Source of the DNA: Candidatus Latescibacterota bacterium
Lineage (GTDB): Bacteria > Latescibacterota > UBA2968 > UBA8231
Assembly (NCBI GenBank): GCA_965203175.1
Contig: OZ241867.1
Span: 6,400,001-6,464,000 of the forward strand
Reading direction: 5' to 3'
DNA: 64,000 nucleotides
Position numbers and translations under genes: made by a program. Below the pieces are notes generated by a model, which saw nothing but the letters and a program-made list of their open reading frames with translations, was not told the origin of the DNA and ran no database searches. Below are positions 57,405 through 64,000 of this stretch, in pieces (position 1 is the first letter of the stretch; the number at the start of each line of letters is the position of its first letter).

Positions 57405-60128
57405 CTATTGCAAACCGGCGTATAGCGTGACAAAGGTCTCGGTCGTCGTCTCGGCCTTGGCCTCCGCAAACGCCTTGCGCTCCACCACAAAGCCGGCCAA
57501 CGCCTGGATCCGGTAGCCCAAATAGGCCGACTCGGTCGCCAATTGCAAGGCCCAGCTCAGGGAGTCGAAATCCTCTGCATCGCGGTCGAAGTCGTTGAAC
57601 AGCGCGTACTCGACCCCGGCCTGAAGCCGCGTGGCCTGCAATAGCTGCGTTTCCAAAAGCAGCGAAAAAAGCTCCATCAGCGTCGTGCGCTCCTCCTGGT
57701 CAAACAGCGACCGGCTCTGTTTGCGGAATTCGCTCTTCCAGCGTGGCAACAGGGTCAACCCATGCCAAGTGCGGCTATAACTGGCCTTGTTGATCAAGCC
57801 AAAGAAGAAATCCGACGCATCGCGCTGCCGTTGCGCGAAGAACACCCCGTTCAGCTTGCTCATCACCAGCAGCGCGTCGCTCGCCAGGCTGTGGCCGACG
57901 AATAGCTGGTGGACCCAAGCATCGCGCGCCAACAGCGGATCGGCGATGTGCATGAGCTTGCCGCCGCGCAGCGTGTTGTCCGGCTGCCACTGCAAAATTG
58001 GATCGGGAATGTCGTCTTGCACCAACTGACTCATCTCGAACAGCCTCACCCGACCCACCCGTGGCCAAACCCGCTCGTACCCTAGCTGCAAATACGTGCT
58101 GTGGTTTTTGCGATCCGCTGAAATCTGTTCCTCGCGCAAGGCCCCCACCTTGAGCTGCCAGTGCTGGCTCAGGTCGATGCCCCCATAGACGTTGAAGCCT
58201 TGTTGATCGCGGCGATAGGGGTAGTCCGGCTCGGTGTCGTTTTCGTATAGATCAACCCAGAAGTTGTGGTTCATATCCACGCCGAAGAGGAACTCTGGCC
58301 GATCGACCAAGAAGCGGAGAAACGGCTCCTCGTAATCCGGAACGGAGTTGGCCTTGACGCGGTTGTCGTTTTGGTTGAAATCGGGCACTAAGTCATTGTT
58401 GAGATCCCAGCCGGGGAAGACCAACCGATCGTTTACCAAAAAATCCGCGCGGAACCCATCGGGGAAGCGGTCTTGATCGTCGTTGTCTTCCACTAAGTCA
58501 AAGCGATTGCCCTGCCGGGCGTAATCGAGGCCCGAGGTCGTGGTGACAAAAGATTGGGTGTTGTAGCGCGGATCAATCGAATACACTTCCCCAAACAGCG
58601 ACAGCCGTCCCATGTGCTTACTCAGGTTTGCCATCCACGCCGGCGCGCTGGGCCGGTCGCCAATCCCCGCCGAGGAAGTGTGCGTTTCCGAGGCAACATT
58701 GGGATACTTGCGGAAGCTCCAACTCAGGTCGTATTCGCCATACAGGTCGAAGCCGAGCACGTCTTCCACCTTGAACGTAGCTCCGGCGACTGTCGTAGCC
58801 GTCGGCAGCCCGTAGGCAAAGCGGACCGTGCGCAGGTTGGAGATGTCCTGCACATTGCCCTCGGCCTGCGCCACCAACAAGAAGACTGGATCATCCACAT
58901 CCGCGCCGAATACGTCGCCCAAGCTGATAGAGCGCTCGCCCGTCCAAGTAAACGAGCTCGATGGCCGACCGACCGTTACAAAACCGCCGCCTTCTCCCAA
59001 CTGCTGGTCCGAACTCATCCAGATCTGGTAATCGTTGGCCAGCACGAGGCGAAATTCCACCGCTGCGATTTCGGATTTATCGGCCGAGGCGCGGTTGACA
59101 AACGACGCGCTGTCAAAGTCGTAGAGCAGGCTGATTTGCCCGTCGCCATCCGCGGTGAGAAATCCCTGCCGCTCTAAGCCGCCGCTAATCACCGGGCCAA
59201 AGCGGATGTCGCGGCCCGACTCCACCGTGCCGTCGCGGTAGGTGATAATCACGTCCGAGGCATCGGGGAAGAACGCGGCACCGCCGGCACCGTCTTCCGG
59301 CGAGTCGTCGCGCAAGGCAATCGCGATCTGCGAGATGGTTGCGTTCTGCTGCTTGTTCAGCCCGCCTTTGTACAGGGTTTCTATTAGTTGATCCGACTCG
59401 CTATTGGTCTGGTGGGCGTTGACCGCGTGCAGGCCCAACTCCACGAAATCCCCTAGCTGGGCCGTGAACCGCCCTCCCACGAGGGAAGTCGCGTCTGTAA
59501 AGCGGCTCTCCTCCACCTGCAAGCCGCGCGGGCCAGTGATCAGCGAGTGGAGAAAGGTCAACTGGTATTTGTCGGTGGCGAGGTCGATCTGCATGCCGTT
59601 CAGGCGCGGCTTGGAAAACGACAGCGGCGTCAAGGTCGTCCGCAGGTTGTTGCTCGCCGTCAGCGCGTAGTGATATTGGCCCTTGTGATCGCCGGCGATG
59701 ACCAACTCGTTGAACCACCGCGCAAACCGCTCGGTCTTGAACAAGGAGCTACCAGCTTCCTCGGGCCGCCTCTGCGCCGTATTGAAGATCAGCCACCCCT
59801 GGGTTAGGTAGTTCCCGTACAGATCGTAGAAGTAATCGCCCTCCAAGTCGATGTTCACATAGCGTTGATACGGCAGCCGCGCGCGGTTGGTGTATTCCCA
59901 CTGCCGCCACGGGTATTCGGCGAACATCACCTGCGGCACGTACCAGCGCCGCAGGGCCGGGTCCAGCGCGTCGAGGTACACCTCCGGGCTTTGTGCTACG
60001 TCTTGTCGCCATCCCAAGCGGCTACCGTAGGCTCCGTCGGCAAGGACGAGCAATGCGGCGCAGCAGGCAAACGTCCGCCAGAAGTTTGCAGACAGCCTCT
60101 TACAGTGAATAGCCCTAGTCAAATCCAT
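57405..60128 (-). CDS. Large hypothetical secreted/outer-membrane protein with acidic DxDxD repeats; paralog of 1..1698
   Basis: Signal-like N-terminus; amphipathic beta-strand-like segments; ends FVTLYAGLQ. Confidence 0.85.
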   Translation of the reverse strand: MDLTRAIHCKRLSANFWRTFACCAALLVLADGAYGSRLGWRQDVAQSPEVYLDALDPALRRWYVPQVMFAEYPWRQWEYTNRARLPYQRYVNIDLEGDYFYDLYGNYLTQGWLIFNTAQRRPEEAGSSLFKTERFARWFNELVIAGDHKGQYHYALTASNNLRTTLTPLSFSKPRLNGMQIDLATDKYQLTFLHSLITGPRGLQVEESRFTDATSLVGGRFTAQLGDFVELGLHAVNAHQTNSESDQLIETLYKGGLNKQQNATISQIAIALRDDSPEDGAGGAAFFPDASDVIITYRDGTVESGRDIRFGPVISGGLERQGFLTADGDGQISLLYDFDSASFVNRASADKSEIAAVEFRLVLANDYQIWMSSDQQLGEGGGFVTVGRPSSSFTWTGERSISLGDVFGADVDDPVFLLVAQAEGNVQDISNLRTVRFAYGLPTATTVAGATFKVEDVLGFDLYGEYDLSWSFRKYPNVASETHTSSAGIGDRPSAPAWMANLSKHMGRLSLFGEVYSIDPRYNTQSFVTTTSGLDYARQGNRFDLVEDNDDQDRFPDGFRADFLVNDRLVFPGWDLNNDLVPDFNQNDNRVKANSVPDYEEPFLRFLVDRPEFLFGVDMNHNFWVDLYENDTEPDYPYRRDQQGFNVYGGIDLSQHWQLKVGALREEQISADRKNHSTYLQLGYERVWPRVGRVRLFEMSQLVQDDIPDPILQWQPDNTLRGGKLMHIADPLLARDAWVHQLFVGHSLASDALLVMSKLNGVFFAQRQRDASDFFFGLINKASYSRTWHGLTLLPRWKSEFRKQSRSLFDQEERTTLMELFSLLLETQLLQATRLQAGVEYALFNDFDRDAEDFDSLSWALQLATESAYLGYRIQALAGFVVERKAFAEAKAETTTETFVTLYAGLQ

Positions 60129-60137
60129 TTCTCCAGC

Positions 60138-62201
60138 CTAGTACGCCACACCCACCACGCCGTTGGCCACTTCGCGGCCCTTGTCGGTGTCCCAATCGAG
60201 CTGATAGAGGTACATGCCGGGCGGCACGAGTGCGCCCTCTTCGTCGCGCCCATTCCAAGTTTGGGCAAAGCTGCCGCTGCCAGTACTAGCCGCGATTTGG
60301 CGCACTAGTCGGCCGGACAGGTCGTATATCCGTAAGCGGATCTGCCGCAGGCTTTCCAAATCGCGCAATTCGTATGCGATCGCGACGTGGTCGTTGACGC
60401 CGTCGCCGTTGGGCGTAAAGGCCGCTGGCGTGGCCTGCACGCTGCTGATGAGGCCGCCGCCCATGGGCGTGCGCACCGATACTATGTCGCCGCTAAAGCG
60501 GAACGTCGCGTTGCCCGGGGCGACCTGCTGTTTGAGCTCGGGTTCGGCGCTGTCGTACACCCAGCTTCTGAAATCCGCGCCAAAGCGCAAGACCTTGGCG
60601 TCGAAAACCACCTCAATCCGCTTCTCATTGTCGCGCGGCCCTACCAAGCGATCGAACGAGACGATTAGTCGGTCATCCTGGATCTCGGGCGGGAAGCGGT
60701 CGCTGATCTCCTCGCCGTCGATGAGCACCGAATGCACCCGCTCGACCGGGATCTGGGTAAAAATTTCCAGCCGGTCAAAGCCCAAGTCGCTCGCGCGCAA
60801 GACCGGGCGCACCACATAGGTGAAGGTTTCAGCCGCGAAGCTCTGCGTGGCAATCGGCCAGATCTCCCCAATCACCTCTTGGGCCACTGGATCCTCGGAG
60901 AACAGCAGCGACATGTTGTCGATGCGCGGAGCCGCATCGCCGCTGGCGAACAGGATGGCCTCTAGCTGGAAGTAACGCGCCGGACTCGGCGAGAGCACGG
61001 GCGTGCCGTCCTGCCACAAATCCGCTGGCAACTCGACCTGCCGTAGCCCAGTTGCGAACTCATAGGGCGCGGACCACGGGCTCCAATTTTCTAGATCGTA
61101 GCCCAATTCCACGTCGTCCCACCGCCGGCGGCCGAGCTGAGTCAGGTAGTCGTCGAGAGTCGATGCTTCGAGGGTGCCGGTCGGGCCGATGACGCGGTAG
61201 ATGTTGGGCTGTGGCGTGTTGCCCGTGCGAGTGCGGAGCAAAAGCTGGGTTCCCTCGGGCACTTCGCCTTGCCAGCGAATTTTACTCCACGCGACCTCGC
61301 GGCCAAAATCCATAATCGGGGTGCGGTAAGTCGTCCGAGTCACAAAGCCCTCGCCATAGATTTCGAACTCGGCGATTTCCCAGTCGCGTTCCGGGTCGAG
61401 CGGGCGGATGGCAATCCACTTGAGGTCACGGGTCGGAAAGCGCAAATCCACCACCACATCGAGGCTCTCGCGATTGCGCGCCAAAATGTCAAAGGCCGGA
61501 TCGTTGGGCGCGCCCAAGGCCGCGTCGATAACCATGTACCAACGCTTGCCGCGCTGGCTGCGGTCGAAGTTGCTGTCCCAAAACGGCCCGGTGTGGTCGG
61601 CCACGCCGATTTCGTACCACGCCAAGTAGTTGTCCTCAAACCCAGGCCGGGGAAAGAAGCGGATGCGGTTGAGGGGCAACTCGGCCCCCAAGTGCATGAC
61701 GTTGTTTTTGACCACTCCGGGGTTGTTGCGGCCGGCCAAGCGCGGCGGCTCGGGCACCCGCACTAGCATGGCGGTCGTCGGATCGCCATCGATGAGAAAC
61801 TGCAAGGGCTGGGAGTCGGTTACCAAGTGCGTATGGCCGTAAATGCTGGCCGTGTAAAAGTGCCCTTGGCGCTCCTTGATCGACAGCGCCAGATTGTCGC
61901 TCGGGTCGATGTACACTGGGCGCAAGCCGCCGTCGGCAAAGTCGATCAACGTATCGACGCCCGCGGTGTTGAAACGCACACTGACCTCTTCGTCCACCGC
62001 GCCAATGGTCACCTCCTCGACGATGCCGCCCTCGGCGTCGAGCAGCACGTACGCAGCCGTCTGCTCGGAGACCAGAGCCTGCCAAGAATTGCCATCCGCG
62101 CCGCCGAGGCGAAACTCACCGCGGCCCCACGCGCTGGCGGTCCAAGCCACGGCCAGCACCGCGCTTAACCAGCCCATCCGCTCTATCCGATTCAGCACCA
62201 C
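60138..62201 (-). CDS. Secreted protein with C-terminal TPNGDGVND/FlgD Ig-like domain
   Basis: Signal peptide; IDGDPTT, RIRFFPR, WSPWSAPY, FTPNGDGVND, IYDLSGRLVR, WNGRD..G..VPPG.Y. Confidence 0.85.
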   Translation of the reverse strand: MVLNRIERMGWLSAVLAVAWTASAWGRGEFRLGGADGNSWQALVSEQTAAYVLLDAEGGIVEEVTIGAVDEEVSVRFNTAGVDTLIDFADGGLRPVYIDPSDNLALSIKERQGHFYTASIYGHTHLVTDSQPLQFLIDGDPTTAMLVRVPEPPRLAGRNNPGVVKNNVMHLGAELPLNRIRFFPRPGFEDNYLAWYEIGVADHTGPFWDSNFDRSQRGKRWYMVIDAALGAPNDPAFDILARNRESLDVVVDLRFPTRDLKWIAIRPLDPERDWEIAEFEIYGEGFVTRTTYRTPIMDFGREVAWSKIRWQGEVPEGTQLLLRTRTGNTPQPNIYRVIGPTGTLEASTLDDYLTQLGRRRWDDVELGYDLENWSPWSAPYEFATGLRQVELPADLWQDGTPVLSPSPARYFQLEAILFASGDAAPRIDNMSLLFSEDPVAQEVIGEIWPIATQSFAAETFTYVVRPVLRASDLGFDRLEIFTQIPVERVHSVLIDGEEISDRFPPEIQDDRLIVSFDRLVGPRDNEKRIEVVFDAKVLRFGADFRSWVYDSAEPELKQQVAPGNATFRFSGDIVSVRTPMGGGLISSVQATPAAFTPNGDGVNDHVAIAYELRDLESLRQIRLRIYDLSGRLVRQIAASTGSGSFAQTWNGRDEEGALVPPGMYLYQLDWDTDKGREVANGVVGVAY

Positions 62202-62213
62202 GTCTCCTTTCGT

Positions 62214-64000
62214 TCAGTACGCCACGCCCAAGGGCCGCATCGTCTGCCCGCTGCGCGCATCCCCTTGCACCTCAATCCGCACCAAGTAGATGCCGGGGGC
62301 AACGCGCTGGCCCCGCTCGTCGGTGCCGTCCCAATGCACGGCGTCGTACACGCCGTTTTGCCCTTCGGCGTCAAAGAGGCGGCGCACCCGCCGGCCCCCT
62401 AAATCCCACAAATCGATCACAATCCGCGCTTTGCCGATGACCGCCAGCACCTCGAAGTTCACGTCGAGGACATCGTTCACGCCGTCCCCATTGGGCGTCA
62501 AGACATCGCTGCCGACGGCGAAATTGCCGATCAAGCTGCCCTCATTCACCGCGCGGCTCAACACAGTCGTCCCCGATTCGGTCGCCACGTCGCCTTCCGC
62601 CAAAAAGGCCGCGTTGCCCGGAGAAATGCCCTGAAAGGCATCCTCTTCTAGCAGCAGGGCACGGCCGCCAAAGCGGGTGCTAAAGGCCAGCACCCGGCTG
62701 GCGAAGTGAATTTTCAACACCGCGTCGTGCTGGTTGATGGCCGGGAAACTTACCGCAAAGCGCTGGTCGTCAATGGCGGTGATGGCGACCTCGCCTTCGG
62801 TTGTGACTCCATCGGTGACCGCAAAGGCGTGGTCGATCACCTGCTGGCCGCTGGCGTCAATGATCTCGATCCGCTCGACGCGGCCCACGCGACTCGGCGT
62901 AAACACCTCAAAGCTGTTGAAACCCTGCACGTAATCGCTCTCCATCTCGGCCCGCACCGCGTACACAAAGGGCACGTCGGCAGCAGCCGGGACCTCGCGG
63001 GGGAAAATCTCGCCGACGAGGGCGTCCGCTAGCGGCGGAGCGGAAAACTCAAGCGCGATCTGCTGGAGAATGTGGCTCGCCTCCAAGTGCTGGCTCTGGA
63101 ATTCTACGCGGAATTGGAAATAGCGGCTGGGACCGGGCGAGAGAATCTGCGTACCCGCGGCCAACTCTTCCAGCGCATAAGGCGAAGTCCACGGACTCCA
63201 GTTTGCCAAGTCGTCGCGCACCGAGCCGCGCTCCCAATCGTCGCCCTGACGCCCGCGCTCGGGCAGCTTTAAGTACTCCTTGCGCAACAGCGGCTCGTCC
63301 GGATTATCCACGGACGACGGGATCTCAGGGGCGTCTTGCAGGGCCACCTGCTTACGGGTGTACGCCAAGGGACTGGGATCGTGACCGCTGCGGGTGCGCA
63401 ACTGCATGTCGGCCAGGTCCGCAGCCCCTACTTGCTGCTGCAAGGTGCGGATGAGGCCCCAATTGGCCGGGCTGCCCATGTCGATGATCGGCGAGATATA
63501 GCGCGCCGTCGGAAAGAACCCCTCGCCAAAGACCTGGAGCTTCTCGATCTCAAAGGGAATGGCCGACGTGGCCCGCAGGCGGATGAAGCGAATGTAGCGC
63601 GGCGGGTCGATGAGCACTTCGGTGATCCGGTCGCTGTTGTCGTTGCGCACGACATAGGTCTCCCAGATCGGGTTGCCCGAGCTGGTCAGCACCAAGCCGT
63701 CGTTGATCTCTACTTCAAAGTTTTTCAAAAAGTCGTTTTGAAAGGGGGTGCCGGGCGAGGGAAAGATCGTGTTGCGCGGAAAAAAGCGCAGCCGGTTGAC
63801 CCCAAAGCGCGCGCCCAAGTCGAGAATGAGCTGGGTCCCCAAGATGTCGTCTTCTTTGCGCTCGAATGCCTGCCCGGTCGGGTCGGCCGCGAGCATGTCC
63901 TCGAAAATCACCTGGAGTTGCAAAGCGGTCAGGTCGAAGACGGTCGGTGCGCGCAACGAGCCACCCCGATCCAGCACCTCTGCGGCCAAATTCTGCTCGG
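62214..64000 (-). CDS. Paralogous FlgD-tailed secreted protein, 5'-truncated by the window edge
   Basis: Frame is open to the window end; RLRFFPR, WSPWTSPY, LTPNGDGVND, WDGTD..G..VAPGIY, GVAY end. Confidence 0.85.
   Translation of the reverse strand, partial: EQNLAAEVLDRGGSLRAPTVFDLTALQLQVIFEDMLAADPTGQAFERKEDDILGTQLILDLGARFGVNRLRFFPRNTIFPSPGTPFQNDFLKNFEVEINDGLVLTSSGNPIWETYVVRNDNSDRITEVLIDPPRYIRFIRLRATSAIPFEIEKLQVFGEGFFPTARYISPIIDMGSPANWGLIRTLQQQVGAADLADMQLRTRSGHDPSPLAYTRKQVALQDAPEIPSSVDNPDEPLLRKEYLKLPERGRQGDDWERGSVRDDLANWSPWTSPYALEELAAGTQILSPGPSRYFQFRVEFQSQHLEASHILQQIALEFSAPPLADALVGEIFPREVPAAADVPFVYAVRAEMESDYVQGFNSFEVFTPSRVGRVERIEIIDASGQQVIDHAFAVTDGVTTEGEVAITAIDDQRFAVSFPAINQHDAVLKIHFASRVLAFSTRFGGRALLLEEDAFQGISPGNAAFLAEGDVATESGTTVLSRAVNEGSLIGNFAVGSDVLTPNGDGVNDVLDVNFEVLAVIGKARIVIDLWDLGGRRVRRLFDAEGQNGVYDAVHWDGTDERGQRVAPGIYLVRIEVQGDARSGQTMRPLGVAY

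Overview
High-GC bacterial chromosomal window. The gene families (FlgD/'YPNPFN'-tailed secreted proteins, a 'TAVE..SWG.IK' C-terminal tag, CRTAC1/FG-GAP, many Gfo/Idh/MocA, amidohydrolase and PhyH genes) suggest an FCB-group lineage such as Latescibacterota; this is inference, not a database result. I found no rRNA, tRNA or CRISPR. Three parts stand out. (1) A lower-GC type I restriction-modification island at ~10.9-23.9 kb, filled with accessory cassettes: a half-hsdS; hsdM with an antitoxin-like C-terminal extension coupled to a PIN toxin; a J-domain membrane protein; toxin-antitoxin debris; hsdS split by an intact IS1-family element (24-bp imperfect IRs, 8-bp TSD); an AT-rich RxxxxH (HEPN-like) gene in the PrrC position; a repeat-flanked AAA_14/DUF4143 gene; hsdR; and an M48 peptidase. 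(2) Two paralogous copies of an uncharacterised large secreted or outer-membrane protein family at the two window ends. The right copy is in an operon with two FlgD-tailed paralogs and a CBM9-like protein, and is a candidate lineage-specific surface system. (3) Transport and catabolic genes in between, including a hicBA cassette flanked by a perfect 15-bp direct repeat and a split PQQ-dehydrogenase/diheme cytochrome pair. All family assignments come from motif recognition by eye.
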